The notes: a model not told the origin generated them from the letters alone. DNA of 64,000 nucleotides from Anthoceros angustus (GCA_010909165.1 MU008168.1:682001-746000), one strand, 5' to 3'. Shown: positions 1-12,629, numbered from the stretch's first letter. Made by a program: numbers and translations.

Positions 1-3000
1 GTGAAGCATATGCAGAGAAAGCGATTTCCCTACATTCAGCTTCCTCATGTACTTGCTCCAGTGTGTACCTATCACCATACTTATCCACCAGCGCTTTGAT
101 TAGCTGAAAGTGAAAGAGTGGGTCTCCTTCCAAGGCTGTTAGGAATTTCTCTGCCTCGTGGTCCGTTAGCATCCCTGTGCCCTCACATAGCTTCTGCAAT
201 CTACGGAATGCCATCTGCACGGTTTCTCCCTTCTTCCTAGCGAAGGATGCCAGCTCCGCAATTTTCTCCGGGGTCTTCAATGGAAAAGCTTTCTCCAAAA
301 TGCCCATGAATTCTTCCACGAGGTTGGCATACTTGGAAACATGCAACTCATCGGGTATGCCCAGTGGCTGCTATCCTTTCATCGGTGTGAGAGTCACAGC
401 TGTTGGAGGTGGCACTGTTGGTGCCACAGTGTTTACAACAATGGCCTGCTGATGGGCCTGAATGGCTGCAGCTTGGCGTTGTAAGCCAACTGAAGAGCCT
501 CCTGGAACCTTGGATTAGGCATGGACACCGTGGCTGTGAGCTCAGCCTGATGCAGCTCATAAAGGTCCAGAGCTTCATTTGTCAGATAACTTGAAAGCTG
601 CTCGAACATGTACAAATGATTGTATGCTCTAGCATGCTTGAATTTTACCCGACTGATGACAGCATTGAGGTGCAATTTGAAATCCCGCAAAGTCTATGTC
701 CCTGGTCTCCCGGAGAATCTCTCCTGCTTGTAGGTGCTCCTCCCTCCATGGATCCAGTATCCGAATCCTCAGAGAGGTCTGCTCGACCTTGAGACCCTAA
801 CCTCGCAGTTGTGACTACATAACAATTGAAACCAGCTCCTTGGCTTCCTAGAGGAACTGTGGGGGTAGTTGTGGCTATTCAGTCCACAAACGGAGACCAA
901 CTCTCAATCTCTGGCTGCTGCTGGTCTTCAGCACTTAGCCTAGCTTGATGGTCCTCTTGGACCTCTTCCTCCGAAGGCAAACGCCGCTGACGTGCAGCTC
1001 CCCTCCTCCACGCTCGTCCACACTCCGGTGTAACCCTAGCAAGGATGTTCCTCGATCGTAGACGATACCATGGGCTGCCTTCAGGCTCCTCGGGTTGCAT
1101 AACCCATGCAGCAACTCACACACAAACGACCGATTTTAAGCAAGAGGTGGCATGCAAGCACACCTGTTAGAGAACCCTAGATGCCTCCCCAGCACAAAAT
1201 GGAAAGTACAACTGCTTTGATCATGCTGCAGCACCTACAGTCCCCTATGTCTGCCCTAGGATTGAGAAACACAGCATAGCAAAACTCCAGCTCACATGCA
1301 AGATTGCGGCTGCGGCCCGCTCACTCGCGATGCAGTTGAAAATCAAAGCAAATGCAAGAGCAAAACCGCTGTCCGAAACTTTCAAACGCAATCAGTCCTT
1401 GGAAAGGGATCCAAATTGGACACAAAGACTTGCCTTGTCAAGGCGAGCAATTTAGTATAAGAATCAATGGCAATGACTGACCACGCTGGCGCTATGAGCC
1501 ACGGAAGGTTGGAAACCCCAAACTTGTTGGGTCGGCGTTCTTGTGGTGAGAGAGGTCCTCGACCTTGAGACCCTAACCTCGCGGTTGTGACTACATAACA
1601 ATTGAAACCAGCTCCTTGGCTTCCTAGAGGAACAGGGGTAGTTGTGGCTGTCCAGTCCACAAACGGAGACCAACTCTCAATCTCACAGGCTGCTGGTCTT
1701 GACACTTAGCCTAGCTTGATGGTCCTCTTGGACCTCTTCCTCCCAAGGCAAGCGCCCGGCGAGCTCCTCCACCTCCACGCTCGTCCACACTCGGTGTAAC
1801 CCTAGCAAGGATGTTCCTCGATCGTAGACGATACCATGGTCGCCTTGGGCTCCTCGGGTTGCATAACCCATGCGAACTCACACACAACGACTGATTTTAA
1901 GCAGGTGGCATGCAAGCACATTAGAGAACCCTAGATGCCTCCCGGCCAAAATGGAAAGTACAAGCTTTGATCATCATGCGGCACCAGTCCCCTATATGCC
2001 CTGGGTTGAAACACAGCATAGCAAAACTCCAGCTCACATGCAAGATTGCGGCTGCGGCCCGCTCACTCGCGATGCAGTTGAAAATCAAAGCAAATGCGGC
2101 AAGAGCAAAACCTACCATCCGAAACTTTCAAACGCAATCAGTCCTTGGAAAGGGATCCAAATTGGACACAAAGACTTGCCTTGTCAAGGCGAGCAATTTG
2201 GTATAAGAATCAATGGCACATGCTGGTAGCTAGAGCCTGGAAGGTTGGAAACCCCAAACTTGTTGGGTCGTTGCATGGTGGCGGGCAGGGAGGTGGTGCC
2301 TTGTTGTGGGTGCGTGTACCTCCTCTAAGCCATCGACTCAGATCTTGCGATTAGTCATCGTGACATGAAATCGCTCACGTCAGGTTTCTAGAGTCGTGGG
2401 AACAACTTGTTGATGGGCTGCCTACACGGTGCAGCTTGGAGTCGGGTAAATTGCACTGGCACGGGACACGTAAACATCAATCCTTGCAACCCTTGAGCCC
2501 AAATCGGCTGGAAACGAAGCACTTGAGTTTCTAAGATAGCTGCAGGCACTCTCCCTTGGCGCGACTTCGACGACTAGCTGCCTCCATCTCCATCTCCAGG
2601 GTTTAGCGTGGCAACCATGGCTGGCATCAGCGATTCTGGTGCGGGCTTGCCTCTCTAAGTCATGATCATTCGGTTGGGCTCACACTCTTGATGTGAGACC
2701 ACGGGTTTCAATAGGGCAGCTGCAAGCATGCCCTGATTCGCGTCCTCTAGTTGTCGTTTGGTGTTTACTAATTACCGTTTAGCGTTCAATAATTGTCGGC
2801 ATTTAAACGGTATTATCCTAAACTAATCCTTCGAGAACTTCGCCATGGCACATCCCTCCGCTACCCACCCCGGAGGGTTGAGGATCATATGCTCACTGAC
2901 GGAATACTGAGTAGGGTCAATGACAACCACATCTTCAACCAAAACCCAGTCTCTCTGTGCCAAAAAGGGTCCATCAGGAAACCCGTTAGGCAAAGTATAA

Positions 3001-3985
3001 GGCGCTCCTTATAAAGAAAGAAGCCTCCTTGTTGCGCAAAAACATGATGTCGTGAGCAGTCATGTATAGCAATGCACTGCCCGAGACGGAGCAAGGTGGG
3101 TCCCAAGTCGTCGAGGGCGCCCTCTGTACCAAGCCTCGAGAGAGGTGCACTCGACCTTGAGACCCTAACCTCGCGGTTGTGACTACATAACAATTGAAAC
3201 CAGCTCCTTGGCTTCCTAGAGGCCTGTGGTAGTTGTGGTGGCTATTCGGTCCACAAGCGGAGACCAACTCTCAATCTCTGGCTGCTGCTGGTCTTCAGGA
3301 CTTAGCCTAGCTTGATGGTCCTCTTGGACCTCTTCCTCCGAAAACAACGTGACGTGCGGCTCCCTCCTCCACGCTCGTCCACACTCCGGTGTAACCCTAG
3401 CAAGGATGTTCCTCGATCGTAGACGATACCATGGTCGCCTTGGGCTCCTCGGGTTGCATAACCCATGCAGACAACTCACACACAACGAGATTTTAAGCAA
3501 GAGGTGGCATGCAAGCACACTTAGAGAACCCTAGATGCCTCCCGGCCAAAATGGAAAGTACAAGCTTTGATCATCTGCGGCACCTCTGGGTCCCTATGTG
3601 CCCTAGGTTGAGAAACACAGCATAGCAAAACTCCAGCTCACATGCAAGATTGCGGCTGCGGCCCGCTCACTCGCGATGCAGTTGAAAATCAAAGCAAATG
3701 CGGCAAACAAAACCCCGTCCGAAACTTTCAAACGCAATCAGTCCTTGGAAAGGGATCCAAATTGGACACAAAGACTTGCCTTGTCAAGGCGAGCAATTTA
3801 GTATAAGAATCAATGTCGGCATGCATGGCTATAGCCACGGAAGGTTGGAAACCCCAAACTTGTTGGGTCGGCGTTCAGTGGCGAGACGAGGGAGGTGGTG
3901 CCTTGTTGTGGGTGCGTAGCCACCTCCTCTAAGCCAGTCTCGGATCTTGCGGTTAGTCGTGAGTGACATGAAATCGCTCACGTGC
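1..3985 (-). mobile_element. 5' region and gag of a Ty3/Gypsy-like element related to the 43664-60511 family; runs off the left edge; 5' part locally triplicated
   Basis: Minus-strand peptides LRDFKLHLNAVISRVKFKH, SKYANLVEEFMGILEKAFPLKTPEK and ALVDKYGDRYTLEQVHEEAE (1-790) match gag of the right-hand element (LRDFRLRVNEAISRVKFKH, KYANLEEFMKILEKAFPLKTPEK). The putative start TGACGTGA at 2382 (minus; degraded copy ~3985) equals the start at 43664. Confidence 0.8.
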
Positions 3986-4740
3986 GGGTTTCTAGGAGTC
4001 GTGGGAACAACTTGTTGATGGGCTGCCTACACGAGGCGGCTTGGGTCGGGTAAATTGCACTGGCTGGGACGGCATCAATCCTTGCAACCCTTGAGCCCAA
4101 ATAGAAAACAAACACTTGAGTTTCTAAGATAGCTGAGCACTCTCCTTATGCGACTTGACCCGACTAGCTGCCTCCATCTCCATCTCCGAGGGTTTAGCGT
4201 GGCAACCATGGGCGGCATCGGCGATTACAGTGCGGGCTTGCCTCTCTAAGTCATGATCATTGGTTGGGCTCACACTCTTGATGTGAGACCACACGGGTTT
4301 CAATAGGCAGCAAGCATGCCACGATTCGCGTCCTCTGGTTGTCGTTTGGTGTTTACTAATTACCGTTTAGCGTTCAATAATTGTCGGCATTTAAACGGTA
4401 TTATCCTAAACTAATCCTTCGAGAACTTCGCCATGGCACATCCCTCCGCTACCCCGGAGGGGATCATATGCTCAGCAGAATCTTGAGTAGGGTCAATGAC
4501 AACCACATCTTCAACCAAAACCCAGTCTCTCTGTGCCAAAAAAGGGTCCGCCCGAAGGAAAACCCCGTTAGGCAAAGTATAAGGGCGCTCCTTATAAAGA
4601 AAGAAGCCTCCCTTGTTAGCCAGCAAAAACATGATGTCGTGAACAGCGTCATGTATAGCAATGCACTGCCCGCCCAAGGGACAGCGAGCAAGGTGGGTCC
4701 CCGAGTCGTCGAGGGGCGCCCTACAGCTGCAAGCCTGGAG
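784..4740. repeat. Imperfect tandem segmental repeat: units 784-1557, 1558-3149, 3150-~4740
   Basis: The block ctcgaccttgagaccctaacctcgc...ccagctccttggcttcctagagg recurs at ~784, ~1558 and ~3150. The block TTGTCGGCATTTAAACGG recurs at 2793 and 4381. Confidence 0.9.
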
Positions 4741-5328
4741 AGAGCAGGCCAAAGGTTGGACCAGGCCCAGGCGAAACCTCATCGCGTAGAAAAAGAGGCT
4801 GGTGCGATTTGAAAACCATGGATGCAAGGCCGAGCAAGAAGCCATGAACCTGCTTGCTTACATGAGCAAGAGCGGAGATGGGCACGAGCCGCCCTGGGGA
4901 TGGACATGTCCCAAAGAAGGGCCACCTGCGCCTGCCGATATTGCTTCTCTAGGAGGGACGCTTGAAGCCTGTGGAATCCGACCTCGGTGAGCGAAGAAAA
5001 TGAAGGTAAGGCAACCCTAGCCTCTATGGATAGGGAACCTCTAGCCAAACGGAGGAACACCTGCAGGGGAAAAACGCCTTCCTCCACTTTCACGACAAAG
5101 GACTCCAAAATGCGAGAATCCCTAATGACACAGCGAGAGACCAGGATGGGAGCAGAGAGGGCCCAACTCCCAAGGAAAGCTGTCAACGCAGAGGCTTCCG
5201 TAGCCTAAAGACCAGTGCCCCCAAATGTAACAGAGAGGGACACCTGTCGCCTGGCCAAGTCCCCACCAGCGCACTCGAAGATACCTAGGCCAATAATATC
5301 GGCCAGCTCCTGCATAACCTGCTTGTCA
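3986..5328 (-). mobile_element. 3' half of a CRE-like non-LTR retrotransposon ORF (post-RT region, CCHC knuckle, restriction-like endonuclease)
   Basis: Minus-strand motifs: FDKQ..GIFECAGGDLARRQVSL, AFLGSWAL, RAHLRSCSCKQAGSWLLARP, AMRFRLGL, CSCRAPLDDSGTHLARC..HDAVHD (knuckle) and RADPFLAQRDWVLVEDVVVIDPT (REL-type R-x-D...D-V). Clade assignment is from remembered motifs. Confidence 0.75.
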
Positions 5329-8300
5329 AAATGCCATGCAGAAGCGTCTTGCATCAAGCAGATGAAGAATGATAAACAATCAACTAAGGTTTAGGTTCAT
5401 AGATGGGCTTTTAAAGGGTTACGAAGGGTTGTGTCCTTTCGCTAGCCTGCTAGTTAACTAACTACATTTAAAGCTAAGGCCTAGTTAGACTAATCAACGT
5501 GGTACAGAACCAACGTGGTCTGCTTGTTCTTCTAACTCTCCCTCTCGGTTTGCGGGTTCTTTGTTATCTAAGAGCTCCATGTAAACAAAAGGAGATCACT
5601 CTTGTTGTAGTCAAGCTTCTAGCCTTTCTCAATTCGGCTATCACCTAGAGTCATTGAGCGCCTGGTGAGCACAGTGTCTGACAACTCGTGGAGAAGAACA
5701 CCACTCTTGTGACCAAAAAAGAGTAAGCTTTCTGCAACGACTTACAACTCCTCGTGACGGAACAAAAACGGATAGCCCCACCAAATGAGCGAGCTAAATC
5801 GTACAGCATCGTACAGTATCTACAGTCTACCATTCCAATGACCACTTTTCTGAGAAAGCCACATAATCATATTCATCACCGATTGCCAACAACTCCACTC
5901 AGCTGCTTCAAGATTGTAACCCTCTGGAAGTGTAAGTAGAACTCCCTCTGCAGTAGATAATGCATGTCTTGAGGAGGTAGTGAAGTCGGCTTGTTGAACT
6001 CCTTTTTTCTATTCCATAGGTGCCTTGGGAACGCCATGTACCGCACCAACGTGTGAGGCACCATGATTTTGATAGCAAGTTCACTGGTACTCCTCGCCAT
6101 GGCTTGCTCCTCTTCCCCCTCTCGAGCGTAAACTATGAACATAGGAATCGCTTGAGGTGAAGAAGCCAATTATAAAGAGCAGTGCAACTAGCATCCAGAA
6201 CATGGAAGTGTGAGAAGAGCATCGCCACGGTACGATCTCCCTCTAAATGGACCATCTATCAAGATCGATGCCACTAGATTAGTGAGGCAACAACTGTAAG
6301 AACAGATCTGCCCACGAAATGTACAAGGCATAACGTGGACGACCGCATGCAAGATCGGGTAGAGCGCATAATCTCCGGCGAAATCAAGCGGGCGTGCGTC
6401 TTGCAAGACTTGTCGTCTGAAGGCGATATCTTTCGCCATGATGTGAACATGTATGCGTATTTCACATTGTGCACTTACGACGCCAAAAGCAATTAGTGAT
6501 CACGTAGATAGAAACCACCAAACACACGGTTAGAGCACGGTCGGGCTGATCTAAATCTTGGGTCTTGGCCTTGGAGACGGCGGCATTCTCCATCCTTGGC
6601 TCTGGCGGGCCTCACCGGCTGTTTCTTCCGACACTCTCTCTCCCAATGGCCAGGTATCTGGCACCAATGACATGTCCCCTCTCGCTTAGGAGACTTGGAA
6701 GAACCCGAAGATCCCTGAGAGCTCCTTTTCTTATTCTGTTGTGACCTACCGTTGGTCACGAACATGACCCTTTCTCCCCCGTGTTGAGATGTGCCAGCAT
6801 TGAACCTAGCGGCCTCCTCTTGAAGGAGAGCTCGGACCCATGCATCTATAGATGGTTGATTGGTTCCTTGAGCATTGAGGGTTGGTTTCAAGCTAGTACC
6901 TTCGACAATCGGGAGAAGATCCCGAGTGTTCAAGGCACACTTCATTCGACGTGACCATACCGCAAACTTCGTACCATCAAAGCGATCCTTCTTCTTGAAG
7001 TCAGTGTTGACATTTGTAATGAAAAATGTAGGTGTCAAAGGTTGAGAAGCCATCCTTAAGAGATTTCACTCAAGAGCAAACGGTCGAGATGTTGTGACAC
7101 TTCGACCAGATCACACGTTAGAGAGAAATACGTCTTCAAAGATTAGCGAAACAATTTGCAGATACCAGTGTCGATCTTGCAGACTTGGACCTGCGCACAA
7201 GAACTGGTTTTGCTCTGCAGCCCACTTTTGGTCTTGCAGACTTGAACCTCCAGTGCACATAGCTCGTTGTAATTATCTTCAGTCAGGAAGAAGGATTAAT
7301 TTCCCTGATATTGTAGGTTTCTCTTCACATGTGAAGAGCAATGTGCCTTGAAATTACAGCAGAGCCTGTGTCAACTTGCTGGAAGCGAGATTTCCACGGG
7401 CCTTAATTCAAGGCAAGATAAGTGAAATTATCAAAAGATGTTTTGTAAAAACATTATTATGAAGGCGAATGGTTTATTTAGGGAAGGGGAGTTTTGAAAC
7501 GTCGCGTTGTTTCGGGCGGCACCGTTTCGAGGTGCCCCTCCTCCTCCCCCTTACCAACTTGTCTCCGTTGGGATGGGTATGGAATCTGACCACCTCGGTG
7601 CCATTTCCTCAAGAGATTTTAACCATCTGCCACCACAAGAGGAGCTCCACTACTACGCGAGCCTAGAGCTTCTATGCCAGGCCGTCGCGCTCTCAAAATA
7701 TTGAAAGATTGCATGAGAAAGGAGCACGAAAGTAGCACCTCGCGAAATTGCAGGTTGGAAATTGAAGGCGTTGTAAGGAAAGGGAAGGCGGGATCTGGGC
7801 CAAACTCCTCCTTGAGAGGCCGCGCCCCCTACACGCGTGCAGATTGGGGGAAATTGAGCCAGTTTAGGGATACTATGATCAATCGAGCTCCAATCCCCCT
7901 CTTCCCCAATCAAGCTCCAATCAGCAATTTCTAGTGAGTTGAGGCACCTAGATCTTAGCAGAGGAAGGGCGCCCCGTGGCGCGACCAGCCCGGCCTGAAA
8001 TCGCTGAGCAGAATCAGGCGCCTCGATCGGTGTGCCCAAAGATCCTCCTTCTTCTTCTCCATGAGAATGTATATCACAAAACCGTGTCTGCATATCTTCA
8101 TAATAGGGCTTGTAAGGGTCAATGCAACGACTCCATCAGATCTCCGCCAATAAATGGCCATGGGTCGGATCGATCGGGATGGGTTACGGACACTAGATGA
8201 TTTTCTTTGGATTTTCCAATTGCACATCCGTTTCTATAGTTTAAAGTTCCTAAATTAGGCTAGTTCGTAACTACCTAAGAGGAAGAATCAGAATAAGCAA

Positions 8301-11300
8301 ACTTTCTTTTCTATTAGATTTGCTTTCTTGTTCTTAGTGCATATTTTATGCATCTTAGAGGTTCTATAAAAGTTTTTTTTTTTTTTTTTGGGTTAAACGA
8401 GATACACATCTAGAGCTCTTGCAGCCCGTCGTGCTCTCTAGAAACTCTTCTTTCGAAATGTAGAATATTCACAACCACCTAAGACTCATATCTTGAATTC
8501 TTAAAACCCTCAATGATCTTGTGAAGTGAATTTTCTTCCATATTTTCTAATGATTTCTAAGAACGTAGTCTAGGACCATTGGAGCCCATCATACTCTTGA
8601 AACACTACAAATCTAATATGATATATATCTACTTTGCTCTTTATCAGCGAAGCAAAGAGATAGCAAGTCCATGGGGATCATTGCTCGATACCAAGTTAGA
8701 AATGCCATGCGGAAGCGTCTTGCATCAAGCAAATGCTTTACTAAGAATGAGAAACAATCAACTAAGGTTTAGGTTCATAGATGGGCTTTTAAAGGGTTAC
8801 GAAGGGTTGTGTCCTTTCGCTAGCCTGCTAGTTAACTAACTACATTTAAAGCTAAGGCCTAGTTAGACTAATCAACGTGGTACAGAACCAACGTGGTCTG
8901 CTTGTTCTTCTAACTCTCCCTCTCAGACACGTTGCGGGTTGCTGTTATCTAAGAGCTCCATGTAAACAAAAGGAGATCACTCTTGTTGTAGTCAAGCTTC
9001 TAGCCTTTCTCAATTCGGCTATCACCTAGAGTCGGTCGAACTGCCTCGCGGTGAGCCTGTAGTGTACAGCAACTCGTGGAGAAGAACACCACTCTTGTGA
9101 CCAAAAAAGAGTAAGCTTTCTGCAACGACTTACAACTCCTCGTGACGGAACAAAAACGGATAGCCCCACCAAATGAGCGAGCTAAATCACGTAAATCGGT
9201 ATCTACAGTCTACCATTCCAATGACCACTTTTCTGAGAAAGCCACATAATCATATTCATCACCGATTGCCAACAACTCCACTCAGCTGCTTCAAGATTGT
9301 AACCCTCTGGAAGTGTAAGTAGAACTCCCTCTGCAGCAGAGATAATCTGCATGTCTTCAGAGGTAGTGAAGTCGGCTTGTTGAACTCCTTTTTTCTATTC
9401 CATAGGTGCCTTGGGAACGCCATGTACCGCACCAACGTAACGGGGCACCATGATTTTGATAGCAAGTTCACTGGTACTCCTCGCCATGGCTTGCTCCTCT
9501 TCCCCCTCTCGAGCGTAAACTATGAACATAGGAATCGCTTGAGGTGAAGAAGCCAATTATAAAGAGCGTTGCAACTAGCATCCGAACATGGAAGTGTGAG
9601 AAGAGCATCGCGATGCGATCTCCTCTAAATGGACCATCTATCAAGATCGATGCCACTAGATTAGTGAGGCAACAAGCTGTAGACGGTCACCTTGCAATGT
9701 ACAAGGCATAACGTGGACGACCGCATGCAAGATCGGGTAGAGCAGACAATCTCCCTGGCCGAAATCAAGCGGAACGTGTCGTCTTGCAAGACTTGTCGTA
9801 CGAAGACGATATCTTTCGCCATGATGTGAACATGTGTCTGTGGCTACAGTTGTGCACTTACGACGCAAAAGCAATTAGTCACAGATCCTGTAGATAGAAA
9901 CCACCAAACACACAGTTAGAGCACGAGGTCGGGCTGATCTAGGTACTGGGTCTTGGCCTTGGAGACGACGGCAGCATTCTCCATCCTTGGCTCCTGGCGG
10001 GCCTCACTAGCCTGTTTCTTCCGACACTCTCTCCCAATGGCGGTCGCGCAATGACATGTCCTCTCGCTTAGGAGACTTGGAAGAACCCGAAGATCCCGAG
10101 CTCCTTTTCTTATTACATTGTGACCTCTGGTGGTCACGAACATGACCCTTTCTCCCGTGTTGAGATGTGCATTGAACCCTGGCGGCCTCCTCTTGAAGGA
10201 GGCTCGGACCCATGCATCTATAGATGGTTGATTGGTTCCTTGAGCATTGAGGGTTGGTTTCAAGCTAGTACCTTCGACAATCGGGAGAAGATCCCGAGTG
10301 TTCAAGGCACACTTCATTCGACGTGACCATACCGCAAACTTCGTACCATCAAAGCGATCCTTCTTCTTGAAGTCAGTGTTGACATTTGTAATGAAAAATG
10401 TAGGTGTCAAAGGTTGAGAAGCCATCCTTAAGAGATTTCACTCAAGAGCAAACGGTCGAGATGTTGTGACACTTCGACCAGATCACACGTTAGAGAGAAA
10501 TACGTCTTCAAAGATTAGCGAAACAATTTGCAGATACCAGTGTCGATCTTGCAGACTTGGACACCACTGTGGTTGCTTTCGCAGCCACTTTTGGTCTTGC
10601 GGACTTGAACCTCCAGTGCACATAGCTCGTTGTAATTATCTTGATCGGGAAGAAGGATTAATTTCCACGATATTGTAGGTTTCTCTTCACATGTGAAGAG
10701 CAATGTGCCTGAAATTACAGCGAGCTGTCAACTTCTTTGGGCGAGATTTCCACGGGCCTTAATTCAAGGCAAGATAAGTGAAATTATCAAAAGATGTTTT
10801 GTAAAAACATTATTATGAAGGCGAATGGTTTATTTAGGAAGGGAGTTTTGAAGCGTCGCGTTGTTTGGCGGCACCGTTTCGAGGTGCCCTCCTCCCTTAC
10901 CAACTTGTCTCCGTTGGATGGGTATGGAATCGACCACCTCGGTGCCATTTCCTCAAGAGATTTTAACCATCCGCCACCACAAGAGGAGCTCCACTACTAC
11001 GCGAGCCTAGAGCTTCTATGCCGGTAGTCGGCGCTCTCAAAATATTGAAAGATTGCATGAGAAAGGAGCACAGTAGCACCTCATGAGTGCAGTTGGAAAT
11101 TGAAGGCGTTGTAAGGAAAGGGAAGGCGGGATCGGGCCAAACTCCTCCTTGAGGCCGCGCCCCTGGCGACGTGCAGTTGGGGAAATTGAGCAGTTTAGGG
11201 ATACTATGATCAATCGAGCTCCAATCCCCCTCTTCCCCAATCAAGCTCCAATCAGCAATTTCTAGTGAGTTGAGGCACCTAGATCTTAGCAGAGGAAGGG

Positions 11301-12271
11301 CGCCCCGTAGGCGCGACCAGCCCTGGCCTGAAATCGCTCTGAACGGGGCATCGGCGCCTCCGATCGGTGTGCCCAAAGATCCTCCTTCTTCTTCTCCATG
11401 AGAATGTATATCACAAAACCGTGTCTGCATATCTTCATAATAGGGCTTGTAAGGGTCAATGCAACTGACTCCATCAGATCTCCGCCAATAAATGGCCATG
11501 GGTCGGATCAGTACTGGGATGGGTTACCAGACACTAGATGATTTTGCTGGATTTTCCAATTGCACATCCCGTTTCTATAGTTTAAAGTTCCTAAATTAGG
11601 CTAGTTCGTGTAACTACCTAAGAGGAAGAATCAGAATAAGCAAACTTTCTTTTCTATTAGATTTGCTTTCTTGTTCTTAGTGCATATTTTATGCATCTTA
11701 GAGGTTCTATAAAAGTTTTTTTTTTTTTTTTTGGGTTAAACGAGATACACATCTAGAGCTCTTGCAGCCGTCGTGCTCTCTAGAAACTCTTCTTTCGAAA
11801 TGTAGAATATTCACAACCACCTAAGACTCATATCTTGAATTCTTAAAAACCCTCAATGATCTTGTGAAGTGAATTTTCTTCCATATTTTCTAATGATTTC
11901 TAAGAACGTAGTCTAGGACCATTGGAGCCCATCATACTCTTCAGAAACACTACAAATCTAATATGATATGCTATCTACTTTGCTCTTTATCAACAGAAGC
12001 AAAGAAGAGATAGCAAGCAAGTCCATGGGGGATCATTGCTCTGATACCAAGTTAGAAATGCCATGCGGAAGCGTCTTGCATCAAGCAAATGCTTTACTAA
12101 GAATGAGAAACAATCAACTAAGGTTTAGGTTCATAGGTGGGCTTTTAAAGGGTTACGAAGGGTTGTGTCCTTTCGCTAGCCTGCTAGTTAACTAACTACA
12201 TTTAAAGCTAAGGCCTAGTTAGACTAACCAATGTGGTACAGAACCAACGTGGTCTGCCTTTTCTTCTAACT
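5329..12271 (-). mobile_element. Tandem dimer (LTR-int-LTR-int-LTR) of a ~3.4 kb non-autonomous Ty1/Copia-like element carrying gag only
   Basis: Three copies of a 222-bp LTR (5329-5537 truncated, 8694-8915, 12050-12271). Met-i PBS TGGTATCAGAGC on minus at 12038-12049 and ~8682-8693. Purine tract GAGAGGGAG before the downstream LTRs. Gag ORFs at 6493-7053 and 9916-10425. Confidence 0.85.
6493..7053 (-). CDS. Copia-type gag, internally shortened, with CCHC zinc knuckle (second copy 9916-10425, frameshifted)
   Basis: KKDRFDGTKFAVWSRRMKCAL (typical Copia gag N-terminus) and CHWCQIPGHWEREC (C-x2-C-x4-H-x4-C). Confidence 0.8.
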   Translation of the reverse strand: MASQPLTPTFFITNVNTDFKKKDRFDGTKFAVWSRRMKCALNTRDLLPIVEGTSLKPTLNAQGTNQPSIDAWVRALLQEEAARFNAGTSQHGGERVMFVTNGRSQQNKKRSSQGSSGSSKSPKREGTCHWCQIPGHWERECRKKQPVRPARAKDGECRRLQGQDPRFRSARPCSNRVFGGFYLRDH

Positions 12272-12575
12272 CTAATGTCTGGCGCAATGGGGTCACCCGA
12301 CGTCAGATGCAGGGCATGAAGGACGCTAATAGCCTCCTCTAAAGTTGGCGCCACTGGCTCCGATCGGAGAGCCCGAGCAGCTCGATCATACTTCTCAGCA
12401 CGACCAAGCAAAAGACATCGCTTAAGACGCCCCTTCCCAGGGTCCGGACAAACACCATCCACCTTAACGGAGTCTAACCGAGACCTCGCTGCACGCCCAC
12501 ACTCTTCTTGTAGAGCCTCCCAATCTCCGGCCGGAAGCAGGCGGAGGCGGAGGTGATCTCGATGACTTGAAAACT

Positions 12576-12629
12576 GCTGGCGTTGTTTCTTTTTCCTTTT
12601 GTACCACGGGAAAAAGAAACAACGCCAGC
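12576..12629. repeat. Perfect 21-bp inverted repeat with 12-nt loop
   Basis: gctggcgttgtttctttttcc (12576-12596) and ggaaaaagaaacaacgccagc (12609-12629). Confidence 0.95.
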
